From an uncultured Aliarcobacter sp. (GTDB taxonomy: Bacteria; Campylobacterota; Campylobacteria; Campylobacterales; Arcobacteraceae), in NCBI GenBank assembly GCA_963677435.1, contig OY781945.1, forward strand, positions 160,001-224,000: a DNA stretch of 64,000 nucleotides, given 5' to 3'. The stretch's first letter is position 1; each line of letters starts with the position of its first letter. The notes beneath the pieces are model-generated. The model made no database searches. It saw nothing but the letters and a program-made list of their open reading frames with translations, and had not been told where the DNA came from. Below, in pieces: positions 49,215 to 58,787 of this stretch. The position numbers were made by a program, and so were the translations under genes.

Positions 49215-51005
49215 TTAAGATAAATATTCTTTTTTAAACCACAATGAAAACACAAATAGTGAATATAAATGTTGTTTAAATTTATTTGATTTACTCAGCT
49301 CATAAATATGTAAAATATACTCATGATTAAATAAATTAGTCTCATTATTTACTTCAACAATAACATCAAGTATTTTATCTTTATATTCTTTATTTAACCA
49401 CTCATTAAAAGGTGAATTAAATCCTTTTTTTGTTCTATTGATTATAGTTTCAGGGATATATTTAGAAGCTATTTTCTTTAACAAATATTTATTTGTATCT
49501 CCAACTTTTATATTTGAATCAACACTAAACATATAATTTACTAAATTAAAATCTAAAAATGGAGTTCTCACTTCCAATGAATTTCCCATTGAAATTCTAT
49601 CAACTTTTGATAAAAGTGATTCTCCAAGCCAAATTTTTAAGTCTATATAACTCATCCAATCAACTGGATCTTGTTTTGCAGTTTCAGCTTTAAAACTTGG
49701 AACTTTTTTAAACAATCTTTTTCTTTGAATATCTGTATATATTTCACCAAAAGAGTTATAAAGATTTTGTTTTTTTACTATTCTTCTTAAGTATTCACTC
49801 TCTTTAGTATTGTTTTGTAAAGCACCAATAATGTCATTTAAAAACAGGTTTTGGTCTTTAGATAAACTTTTCTCAAATTCATAATATTTTAGAAATTTTG
49901 CATAGTTATCATAGCCTAAAAATATCTCATCACTTCCTTCACCTGATAATACAGTTTTTATTCCTGCTTTATGAATCTGTTTTGTTAAGATATTTAAAGG
50001 AATTGCTGCACTATCACCATGGGGCTCTTCAAGCATATCAAGTGTTTGTTCAAAATGCTTTATATACTCTTTTTGATTTATAATTACTGGATTATGGTTT
50101 GAACCAATATGATTAGCTGTTATTTGTGCATAATCCAACTCACAATAATTCTTATATTCATCATAACCAACACTAAAGGTATTTATCTTTTTTCCTGAGA
50201 TATTAGTGTAAAGTGCTGATATTAATGAACTATCAATTCCACCACTTAAAAGTGAAGCAACTTCCACATCACTGTTGAGTCTATATTCAATACTTTTGAA
50301 TAAAAGTTCTTCAATATCATTTAAAGCCTGTTTTTCGTCTTTTATTGCTTTATAGGTATTAATCTTATAATATTTCTTCTTTTGAAGCTCAGAGCTCTTA
50401 TTTGGCTCATAAATCATATATGTAGATGCTTCAAGTTTAAAAATTCCTTGATAGAAAGAATCTTCACCAAAAGAGACAAAATATTGCATATATTTAGACA
50501 GAGCAACTTTATTTAGATTTGGTTTATAATCAAGTAGATTTAATATTGATTTTATTGATGATGAAAAGATAAATTGATTATCTTTGAAATAGTAAAAAAA
50601 TGGTTTTTTACCATATCTATCCCTAGCACAAAAATATAACTCTTTTTTCATATCATAAATACAAAAAGAAAACATTCCATTTAATTTATTTAAAAAGTCA
50701 AATCCATACTTTTGATAGAGTCTAATTAAGACTTCACTATCACTTGATGTTTTACATTCTAAATGTTCCACGTGAATCAATTCTTTGTAATTATAAATTT
50801 CTCCATTAAAAACAAGTAAAATATCATCAAAAATCATAGGCTGATTTGCTTCTTCATTTAAATCAATAATTGCTAATCTTGTATGACCAAATTGCTTGTT
50901 ATCAATTTTAACTGATTTTTGAAAATCAGGACCTCTATGATTTAAAAGTTCTAAAGATTTATCAAACTTAACTGATAAAAAATTTGTTCCTATAATTCCA
51001 CACAT
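49215..51005 (-). CDS. asnB: Asparagine synthase (glutamine-hydrolysing)
   Basis: MCGI, HRGPD, RLAIID, FNGEIYN, LSGGIDSS, SGEGSDE, EVRTPFLD. Confidence 0.92.
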   Translation of the reverse strand: MCGIIGTNFLSVKFDKSLELLNHRGPDFQKSVKIDNKQFGHTRLAIIDLNEEANQPMIFDDILLVFNGEIYNYKELIHVEHLECKTSSDSEVLIRLYQKYGFDFLNKLNGMFSFCIYDMKKELYFCARDRYGKKPFFYYFKDNQFIFSSSIKSILNLLDYKPNLNKVALSKYMQYFVSFGEDSFYQGIFKLEASTYMIYEPNKSSELQKKKYYKINTYKAIKDEKQALNDIEELLFKSIEYRLNSDVEVASLLSGGIDSSLISALYTNISGKKINTFSVGYDEYKNYCELDYAQITANHIGSNHNPVIINQKEYIKHFEQTLDMLEEPHGDSAAIPLNILTKQIHKAGIKTVLSGEGSDEIFLGYDNYAKFLKYYEFEKSLSKDQNLFLNDIIGALQNNTKESEYLRRIVKKQNLYNSFGEIYTDIQRKRLFKKVPSFKAETAKQDPVDWMSYIDLKIWLGESLLSKVDRISMGNSLEVRTPFLDFNLVNYMFSVDSNIKVGDTNKYLLKKIASKYIPETIINRTKKGFNSPFNEWLNKEYKDKILDVIVEVNNETNLFNHEYILHIYELSKSNKFKQHLYSLFVFSLWFKKEYLS

Positions 51006-51011
51006 AAAAAA

Positions 51012-51929
51012 CTACTTCACGAAATATTCAATAATTTGAATATAAAAATATAAAAATGAAACAAATACAATGCTAGAAATTAAAATAGATGCAGCAACAT
51101 CATAAGGTTTACAATGATATAAAGCAGCAAGATTAACATTATTAACAGCAAGTGGAACCATTAATTCCATTATTAAAATTGAAGCAACATAAGAATTTAG
51201 ATTTGTAAAATTAACAATTATAAGAATACCAATAGCAGGTAGTAAAATATGCTTAACAAAACTTATGTGTAAAGCTGAATGCCAAGGTAAAACTTTTACC
51301 TTAACACTTGATAGATACATACCAAAGATAATTAGCTGAATAACCATTGAAGTATAAGCACCCATTTCAAGTGCAGTATAAACATGTTTGTTAATTCCTA
51401 GACCTTGCGAATTTATTAATAATGCTAATATTGCAAACCAAATACCAGGTATTTTCATTATAGAAATAATTGCTTGTTTTAATGAAAAGTTATCTCTAGC
51501 AAAAAAATAAACTGAAAAAATATAGATAAAAAAAACATTTGCAATATTAATTATGCTTGTATAAGGAACAGAATCTATACCAAAAAGTGCAATACCAAGA
51601 GGAATTCCTAAATTACCCGTATTTCCTACTAATGAAGTTGCTAAATATATTGATTGGTCTTGTCTTTGAGAAAAGATCTTTTTACTAAATAATAAAAGAA
51701 TTCCTAAAGAAACCAACATAATAATAAAATATAAAACTGGAGATGCTATAAATTCATAATCAATAGGTCTTTTGGTCAATCCCCAAAAAATAAGGATAGG
51801 CTGAAAGAAATAAAGAGAAAGTAAAACTAATGTTCTCTCATCAAGTTGATTAGTAAAAATCTTTTTTGCAGTAAAGCCTAATAAAATAAAGAAATAAACA
51901 GGTAAAACAGAGAAAATAGCTTCGATGAT
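51012..51929 (-). CDS. AEC-family (auxin efflux carrier) transporter
   Basis: GNTGNLGIP, VKHILLP, MVPLAVN; frame open 50 codons upstream of the ORF-track TTG to ATC ATC, adding two TM helices. Confidence 0.85.
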   Translation of the reverse strand: MIEAIFSVLPVYFFILLGFTAKKIFTNQLDERTLVLLSLYFFQPILIFWGLTKRPIDYEFIASPVLYFIIMLVSLGILLLFSKKIFSQRQDQSIYLATSLVGNTGNLGIPLGIALFGIDSVPYTSIINIANVFFIYIFSVYFFARDNFSLKQAIISIMKIPGIWFAILALLINSQGLGINKHVYTALEMGAYTSMVIQLIIFGMYLSSVKVKVLPWHSALHISFVKHILLPAIGILIIVNFTNLNSYVASILIMELMVPLAVNNVNLAALYHCKPYDVAASILISSIVFVSFLYFYIQIIEYFVK

Positions 51930-52007
51930 AAATCCCTAATAAAATTTTTAGAGATTTTATCATTAATGAGATAAATATTTACAAGAAATACATAAGTAAA
52001 AAATTAC

Positions 52008-53591
52008 TCATGCACTCATTACACCTTTAATCATAAAGAAAATTGCAGCAGCTAATATTGCAGCAGCAGGAACAGTAATAATCCAAGCAGCAATAATTTT
52101 CTTAACTGCATCTCTTTTTACATATTTCGTGCTTTTTGCATCTTTTACATCTTTTCTATCTTGTTTAACTAACTCTTCTCTATCATCAATCTTTTTGTAT
52201 AGTTCAACAATTTTCATGTAATTAGCTTTTGATTTATCTTTAATAATCTCTAATTTTTCTAGTTCTTCATGCATAGCATCAAGTTCTTTTTTGTGTTTTT
52301 TAAATTTTCTTCTTGTTTCTTGTAGAAATCTTTGTTCATTTGCATCAAGAAACTCTCTTAAAAATCCAACTCCAAAAACTCCACCAATTGCAATATGTGT
52401 TGATGAAACAGGCAGACCTAATTGACTTGCTATAATAACAGTAACAGCTGCTGCCATTGCGATTGAATAAGCTCTAATTTGATCAAGTTCTGTAATCTCT
52501 GATCCAACTGTTTTAATAAGTTTAGGACCATAAAGAGTAAGTCCAATAACAATACCAATAGCACCAACAGCCATAACCCAAAATGGAATACTAACTTTAC
52601 TTGCAATATCTGAATTCATAACTGCATCATTAATAGCAGCTAATGGTCCAATTGCATTAGCAACATCATTTGCACCATGAGCAAAAGATAAAAGTGCTGC
52701 TGCAAAAATTAATGGTAAATTAAATAAAGAGTTTATAGAGGCTCTATTATTGATTAATTTTAAAGATGCTTTATAAACTAAAGGTTTAACAAAAAAGTAA
52801 CTTGCAATTGAAATAGCTAAGGCAATTAAACTAGCAGTTAAAAAATTTACATTTACTATTGATTTAAGACCCTTTAGAATAATATAAGTACTAAATGACC
52901 AAGCCATAAATGCAATTAAAATTGGAACAAATTTATTCGCTGATTCAAGAACATTTTCTTTATAGATAATTTGTTTTTTAATAAAATATAAAAAACCAGC
53001 AGCAACAATTCCACCCAATAGTGGTGAGATAACCCATGAAGCAACAATTTTACTAACAGTATGCCAATCAACAATTGAAAAACCAGCAGCGGCAATTCCA
53101 GCACCCATAACTCCTCCAACAATTGAGTGAGTAGTAGAAACAGGTGCACCAATTGAAGTTGCAAAATTTAGCCAAAGTGCCCCTGATAATAGAGCAGCAG
53201 TCATTGCCCAAACAAAAATATCAGGATTTGAGATTAAAGCTGGATTAATTATTCCATCTTTAATAGTTTTTACAACATCTCCACCTGCAATGAATGAACC
53301 CAAACTTTCAAAAATAGCTGCTATAAGAATAGCACCTGTTAATGTCAATGCCCGTGAACCAACAGCAGGACCTACATTATTTGCAACATCATTTGCACCA
53401 ATATTCATAGCCATATATGCACCAAAAATTGCACCTATAACTAAAAATGTATTATTAGGTACATTACCATGTGATGTGTAAGACCATAAAAAAACTACTA
53501 CTATAAAAAGTAATGCCAGTGAAAGTTTTGCAAAGCCAGGAAGTGTTTTTTCTCTTGCTTTTTCGAATTTGTTAATTGTTTTAATATCCAA
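52008..53591 (-). CDS. PiT-family inorganic phosphate transporter
   Basis: Two GANDVAN motifs, PVSTTH, PVSSTH; charged coiled-coil insert before the last TM. Confidence 0.93.
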   Translation of the reverse strand: MDIKTINKFEKAREKTLPGFAKLSLALLFIVVVFLWSYTSHGNVPNNTFLVIGAIFGAYMAMNIGANDVANNVGPAVGSRALTLTGAILIAAIFESLGSFIAGGDVVKTIKDGIINPALISNPDIFVWAMTAALLSGALWLNFATSIGAPVSTTHSIVGGVMGAGIAAAGFSIVDWHTVSKIVASWVISPLLGGIVAAGFLYFIKKQIIYKENVLESANKFVPILIAFMAWSFSTYIILKGLKSIVNVNFLTASLIALAISIASYFFVKPLVYKASLKLINNRASINSLFNLPLIFAAALLSFAHGANDVANAIGPLAAINDAVMNSDIASKVSIPFWVMAVGAIGIVIGLTLYGPKLIKTVGSEITELDQIRAYSIAMAAAVTVIIASQLGLPVSSTHIAIGGVFGVGFLREFLDANEQRFLQETRRKFKKHKKELDAMHEELEKLEIIKDKSKANYMKIVELYKKIDDREELVKQDRKDVKDAKSTKYVKRDAVKKIIAAWIITVPAAAILAAAIFFMIKGVMSA

Positions 53592-53601
53592 AGTGAACCT
53601 T

Positions 53602-53620
53602 TTGTAACTATCTTGTAACT
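53602..53620 (-). promoter_or_regulatory. Candidate Pho-box-like direct repeat in the pit leader
   Basis: AGTTACAA-N3-AGTTACAA (11-bp period) between TATAAT (53654-53659) and the start codon. Confidence 0.5.
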
Positions 53621-53785
53621 TAAGTAAGGCAGTATTATAGTGGCATTTCGCTTATCATAGCTTTAAGAAAGCTTAAATTTATTATAGACTTACTAATTAA
53701 ATTGTAACTAATCACAATATATTATTACTAAAAAGATGAGGATTTATTGAGGAGTAAAAAGAGTTTATAGGATTGAAAAAGAGAA

Positions 53786-55477
53786 TTAATCTCTTTTTCT
53801 GCTTCTGTCACCAGATGGTCTTGGTGCTCTATCTCCACTTGGCTTTCTATCACCAGATGGTCTATCACCTCTTGGGGCTCTATCTCCTGATGGTCTATCA
53901 CCTCTTGGGGCTCTATCACCACTTGGTCTTCTGTCTCCAGATGGTCTATCACCAGATGGTCTTGGTGCTCTATCTCCTGATGGTCTATCACCTCTTGGGG
54001 CTCTATCTCTATCACCACTTCTTGAGTTTCTATCTCCAGATCTAGGACCTCTATCACCACCTCTTGAGTCTCCACCTCTAGAACCACCGAATCTTCCACC
54101 TCTTCCACCTCTTGAATTTCTACCAGAAGATGAACCATCATTATCATATCTACTTGTATTTTCAATAAGTCTTTTAATATCAGATTCTGATTTTCCAATA
54201 TTATTATTACCTTGAACTAATGTAGATGCTGAAATCATTGATGCTAATTTAAAAGCAATTGTTGAAATATCAAATTCTTCTTTTAACTCTTCAACTAGTG
54301 CTAATGCATAATCACTAATTTCTTGTTCACTGATTTGGTTTTTTAATTCAATGATTTTTTTCTCTTTTACTGAATCAATATTAGGAATAGCTTTCCCTTC
54401 TAATTTAGTACCAATGTTTTTTTCAATTTTTTGTAACATTCTAAACTCATGTGGAGTTACAATAGAAACAGCAACACCTTCTTTTCCAGCTCTTCCTGTT
54501 CTTCCAATTCTATGCACATAAGACTCAGAATCAAATGGTAAATGGTAGTTAAATACATGAGAAACATCATTTACATCAAGTCCCCTTGCAGCAACATCTG
54601 TTGCAATAAGAATTTCTAATTTAGAAGTTTTAAACGCTCTAATTGCTTCTTCTCTTTGTCTTTGCTCCATATCACCATGAAGACCTTTTGCCATGAATCC
54701 TTGAGAAACCATGAAAGTTGATAATCTATCAACTTCTTTTTTTGTGCGACAAAAGATAATTGATTTAGTAGGATTTTTATAATCATATAATCTAATTAAA
54801 GCATCATCTCTTTCTCTTTCATCAACAACATAAAAAGTTTGAGTAATTTTTGCATTTGTTACATCACTTTTTGTTAATGTAATAAATTCTGGATTATTTA
54901 AAATAGTTTTTGCAAGATTTTTAATTGCTACTGGCATTGTTGCAGAGAATAATAAAGTTTGTCTCTCTTTTGGTAAGAAAGTAAAAATCTCTTTAATATC
55001 ATCTAAGAATCCCATATCAAGCATTTCATCTGCTTCATCCAGAATTACATAATCAGGTTTAATGTTTATTTTATTACCTCTTAAAAGATCTAAAAATCTT
55101 CCTGGAGTTGCAACAATAATTCCTGCATTTTCTATTAATTTAATTTGTCTAGCATATGCTTGTCCACCATATACAGTTGCAGTGTTAACACCTAAAAATT
55201 TACCAAATCTGTATAATTCATCTGAAACTTGCATTGCAAGTTCTCTTGTAGGAACAATAACAACAGCTTCAACACCTGAATTCCCTTTCATATTATTTAA
55301 AATTGGAAGTCCAAATGCTGCTGTTTTACCAGTACCTGTATGTGCTTGTCCTACAATATCTCTTCCTGCTAATACAAATGGAATTGCTTGTTCTTGTATT
55401 GGACTTGGTTCTTTAAAACCTGCTTCGTCTATTGCTTTTTGCAATAAGTCTTTTAAATTGAATTCGTTAAAAGTCAT
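53786..55477 (-). CDS. DEAD-box RNA helicase (DeaD/CshA-like)
   Basis: PSPIQ, AHTGTGKT, PTRELA, LDEADEM, SAT, ARGLD, HRIGRTGR. Confidence 0.96.
   Translation of the reverse strand: MTFNEFNLKDLLQKAIDEAGFKEPSPIQEQAIPFVLAGRDIVGQAHTGTGKTAAFGLPILNNMKGNSGVEAVVIVPTRELAMQVSDELYRFGKFLGVNTATVYGGQAYARQIKLIENAGIIVATPGRFLDLLRGNKINIKPDYVILDEADEMLDMGFLDDIKEIFTFLPKERQTLLFSATMPVAIKNLAKTILNNPEFITLTKSDVTNAKITQTFYVVDERERDDALIRLYDYKNPTKSIIFCRTKKEVDRLSTFMVSQGFMAKGLHGDMEQRQREEAIRAFKTSKLEILIATDVAARGLDVNDVSHVFNYHLPFDSESYVHRIGRTGRAGKEGVAVSIVTPHEFRMLQKIEKNIGTKLEGKAIPNIDSVKEKKIIELKNQISEQEISDYALALVEELKEEFDISTIAFKLASMISASTLVQGNNNIGKSESDIKRLIENTSRYDNDGSSSGRNSRGGRGGRFGGSRGGDSRGGDRGPRSGDRNSRSGDRDRAPRGDRPSGDRAPRPSGDRPSGDRRPSGDRAPRGDRPSGDRAPRGDRPSGDRKPSGDRAPRPSGDRSRKRD
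53800..54075 (-). repeat. Intragenic GDR/PSGDR/APRGDR tandem repeats in the helicase tail
   Basis: Repeated DNA units such as tctatctcctgatggtctatcacctcttggggc and ccagatggtcttggtgctctatctcc. Confidence 0.9.
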
Positions 55478-55506
55478 TTTTTTACCTTAGTATATATTTA
55501 TAAAAA

Positions 55507-55648
55507 ATACACACGGTTATATAAGTTAGATTTAATCTCCCCATAAATGTACAATTAAAACGCAATTTGAGTCTTGCAAGTAAGTCAGTTTAATGAAAAT
55601 GAATCTTTGATTAGTCTATCAAAGTAAAATGGGTATATAAATGTGTAT
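55507..55648 (-). promoter_or_regulatory. Candidate structured 5' leader of the DEAD-box helicase mRNA
   Basis: Nested inverted repeats ATACACA/TGTGTAT, TTATATA/TATATAA, CCCAT/ATGGG, CTTTGAT/ATCAAAG downstream of a TACAAT -10. Confidence 0.5.
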
Positions 55649-55690
55649 AATTTAGCGGATTGTATCTAGTTTTAGATAAATTTAAGCTTT

Positions 55691-55717
55691 AAGAAAAAGA
55701 GCTAAGCTCTTTTTCTT
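55691..55717 (-). terminator. accC terminator
   Basis: AAGAAAAAGAGCT-A-AGCTCTTTTTCTT inverted repeat. Confidence 0.75.
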
Positions 55718-57068
55718 ATAAGTCGTCTAGTTTTTTGTAGTTTTCTAAGTATTTAGTATCATAATTATTTGAAATAAAATCTTCATTTTCCATCATTTTT
55801 TTGTGAAATGGAATAGTTGTTTTAATTCCTTCAACTTCAAATTCAGCTAAAGCTCTTTTCATAATATTAATAGCTTTATTTCTATCTCTTCCCCAAACAA
55901 TAAGTTTTCCTATCATTGAGTCATAATATGGTGGTACTACATAGTTTGTATATACATGAGAATCAACTCTTACATTTCTTCCACCAGGAACCATCCATTG
56001 TGTTACTTTTCCTGGACATGGTAAAAATGAGTTTGGATCTTCTGCTGTAATTCTACACTCAATTGCATGACCTTTGAATTTAATTGATTCTTGAGGAGGA
56101 ACTTTTTCACCTTCAGCCACTTTAATCATTAGTTCTACAATATCAATTCCTGAAACCATTTCAGAAACTGGATGTTCAACTTGAAGTCTTGTATTCATTT
56201 CCATAAAATAAATATTTTGTTTATCATCTGCTAAAAATTCAAAAGTTCCAGCACCTTCATATTTTAAATACTTAGTAGCTTTTACTGCTACTTCATGAAG
56301 TTTTGCTCTTGTTTCATCATTTAATAAAATAGCAGGAGATTCTTCAATAACTTTTTGATGTCTTCTTTGAAGTGAACAATCTCTCTCACCTATATGAATA
56401 GCATTACCATGAGAATCTCCAACAACTTGAACTTCAATATGTCTTGGATTATTAATAAATCTCTCTAAATACATTGTTCCATCACCAAATGCAGCTAATG
56501 CTTCACTTGAAGCTGCCATAAATAGTTGTTCAAATTCTGACTCATCATGAATAAGTCTCATTCCTCTTCCACCACCACCAGCAGCTGCTTTAGCCATAAT
56601 TGGATAACCAATTTCAAGGGCTTTTTTCTTACCCTCAGAAACTGAATGAACAGCACCTTTTGAACCTGGAACGACAGGAACACCAGCTCTAATCATCTCT
56701 TCTTTTGCTTTTGATTTATCAGCCATTTTTTCCATTACTTCAACAGATGGTCCAATAAATTTGATATTGTGAAGTCTACAAATTTCTACAAAATCTTGAT
56801 TTTCAGATAAAAATCCATAACCTGGGAAAATAGCATCACAACCTGTCATTTCAGCAGCTGTGATAATTGCTGGAATGTTTAAGTATGATTCACTAGATCT
56901 TGCACCACCAATACATACAGCTTCATCTGCATGTTTTAAATAAGATGCATCTTTATCACCTGTACTATAAACAGCAACAGATTTTTTACCCATTTCTCTG
57001 ATAGTTCTAACAGCTCTTTGAACGATTTCACCTCTATTAGCTATTAAAATTTTTTTAATTTCTGCCAT
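55716..57068 (-). CDS. accC: Biotin carboxylase
   Basis: ANRGEI, PGYGFLSEN, GGGGRGM, RDCSLQRRHQK, EMNTRLQVEH. Confidence 0.97.
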   Translation of the reverse strand: MAEIKKILIANRGEIVQRAVRTIREMGKKSVAVYSTGDKDASYLKHADEAVCIGGARSSESYLNIPAIITAAEMTGCDAIFPGYGFLSENQDFVEICRLHNIKFIGPSVEVMEKMADKSKAKEEMIRAGVPVVPGSKGAVHSVSEGKKKALEIGYPIMAKAAAGGGGRGMRLIHDESEFEQLFMAASSEALAAFGDGTMYLERFINNPRHIEVQVVGDSHGNAIHIGERDCSLQRRHQKVIEESPAILLNDETRAKLHEVAVKATKYLKYEGAGTFEFLADDKQNIYFMEMNTRLQVEHPVSEMVSGIDIVELMIKVAEGEKVPPQESIKFKGHAIECRITAEDPNSFLPCPGKVTQWMVPGGRNVRVDSHVYTNYVVPPYYDSMIGKLIVWGRDRNKAINIMKRALAEFEVEGIKTTIPFHKKMMENEDFISNNYDTKYLENYKKLDDL

Positions 57069-57077
57069 AATTAACTC

Positions 57078-57539
57078 TTATAATTTTTCAACAACGAAGA
57101 TTGGCATATCATATTCAACTGGTGAACCATCTTTTACTAAAATTTCAACAATTTTACAATCGAATTCAGCTTCTACTTCATTCATTATTTTCATTGCTTC
57201 TAAAATACAAAGTGTTTGACCTTTTTTAACTGTAGCTCCAACTTCAACAAAAGATGGTGATTCAGGAGATGGTGAAGAGTAGTAAGTTCCAACCATTGGT
57301 GAATTAATAGTTTCACCAGATTTAGCAACTTTAGCAACTTCAACTGTTACAGGTGTTGCAGAAATTGTAGCAGCAGGAGCAGCTTGAGTAACTGGTGCTG
57401 TAGTTGTTACAGTAGTTGCAAATCCATTTTCAAAACCTCTTTGCATAGAAATTTCAAATTCACCTTCTTTAACCTTTAATTTGTTAAGTTCACTCTTATC
57501 AAATACTCTTATTAATTCTTTGATATCTTTAAAATCCAT
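57078..57539 (-). CDS. accB: Biotin carboxyl carrier protein
   Basis: SPMVGT, EAMKIMNE. Confidence 0.97.
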   Translation of the reverse strand: MDFKDIKELIRVFDKSELNKLKVKEGEFEISMQRGFENGFATTVTTTAPVTQAAPAATISATPVTVEVAKVAKSGETINSPMVGTYYSSPSPESPSFVEVGATVKKGQTLCILEAMKIMNEVEAEFDCKIVEILVKDGSPVEYDMPIFVVEKL

Positions 57540-57710
57540 ACTCAGCCTTTTTAATTTAATAAAATTTTTTCTGATAATAGCACATTTTTTCTGATAAATA
57601 TATTTTTATATATTTAAATAAGTTTTATTTAAGTTTCAGATAGAATTATCCATTGTATTTGATTAAAATATCTTTTTGATATAATCAAAAAAATTAAATT
57701 TAGGAATAAA

Positions 57711-58148
57711 ATGTTAAACGATAGAAGTTTTATAAATATTGCAAAAGAGATTGCACTTGCATCAAAGTGCGTATCAAAACAAGTTGGAGCTGTAATTGTA
57801 AAAGATGGAAGAATATTATCAACAGGCTACAACGGAACACCAGCTGGATATAAAAATTGTAGTGAACATTGGAATGGAGAATATACAAAAGATCATCATG
57901 AATGGTCAAAAACTTATGAAATTCACGCAGAAATGAATGCAATAATTTGGGCAGCTAGAAAAGGAATATCAATTGAGGGTGGAACAATTTATGTAACCCT
58001 AGAACCTTGTAGTGAATGCTCTAAAAATCTAATTGCAAGTGGAATTAAAAGAATTGTATATGAAAAAGCTTATGAACATACAAACTCAGAAATAATATCG
58101 AAATTCATAAAAGACAATAATGTTCATATAGAACAAATTGCCCAATAA
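57711..58148 (+). CDS. dCMP deaminase family protein
   Basis: VGAVIV, GYNG, HAEMNA, PCSEC. Confidence 0.92.
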   Translation: MLNDRSFINIAKEIALASKCVSKQVGAVIVKDGRILSTGYNGTPAGYKNCSEHWNGEYTKDHHEWSKTYEIHAEMNAIIWAARKGISIEGGTIYVTLEPCSECSKNLIASGIKRIVYEKAYEHTNSEIISKFIKDNNVHIEQIAQ

Positions 58149-58157
58149 TAGTTTTTA

Positions 58158-58727
58158 ATGGCTTATAAAGATAATCATAAATTTTATAAATCAGCAATTT
58201 CAAAATATGGAATAAGCGCACAAGGAGTTCATTGGAACTCAACATATACTCAATACAAAAGATTTGAAATATTAACAAGTTTTATAGAAAATAAAATTAT
58301 TCAATCAAATATTATTGATGCTGGTTGTGGTTTTGGTGAGTATTACAACTATTTGTTTGATAATGATTTAAAACCTAAATCTTATTTAGGAATTGATTGC
58401 GAAGAAAAAATGATAAATTTAGCATCAAAGAGATTTTTAGAAGCTAAGTTTGAAATTATAAATATTTTAGAAGATAAACTCTCTTTAGCTGATTATTATG
58501 TTTGCAGTGGTGCTTTAAATATTTTAGAAAAAAATGAAATATTTATTTTTATAAGAAAATGTTTTGAAGCTTCCAAAGTTGGATTTGTTTTTAATTTTTT
58601 AAAAAATGATTCTTTAACAAAAATAGATCATATTGAAATTATTGATTATTGTAAAAAAATATCAAGAAAAGTGGAAATAAAAGAGAATTATTTAGACAAT
58701 GACATTAGTATATTTATAAAAAAATAA
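58158..58727 (+). CDS. Class I SAM-dependent methyltransferase
   Basis: W...Q..RF, IDAGCGFG, YLGID, SGALN. Confidence 0.85.
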   Translation: MAYKDNHKFYKSAISKYGISAQGVHWNSTYTQYKRFEILTSFIENKIIQSNIIDAGCGFGEYYNYLFDNDLKPKSYLGIDCEEKMINLASKRFLEAKFEIINILEDKLSLADYYVCSGALNILEKNEIFIFIRKCFEASKVGFVFNFLKNDSLTKIDHIEIIDYCKKISRKVEIKENYLDNDISIFIKK

Positions 58728-58787
58728 AATATCATATATTTCTCATATACTAAATATAAAATAAGTTATTAAAAAGTAGGAGTGTAC

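Noticed and set aside
49215..51005. Lasso-peptide cyclase
   Set aside because: Intact Ntn glutaminase (Cys2); no B protein or precursor nearby; ordinary AsnB
53728..54198. 156-aa repetitive ORF (EVIDHQEIE) and plus-strand 53773-54045 ORF
   Set aside because: Alternate-frame and antisense read-outs of the helicase repeat tail
57711..58727. Anti-phage dCTP deaminase system
   Set aside because: Lacks the N-terminal kinase-like domain; no defence-island context
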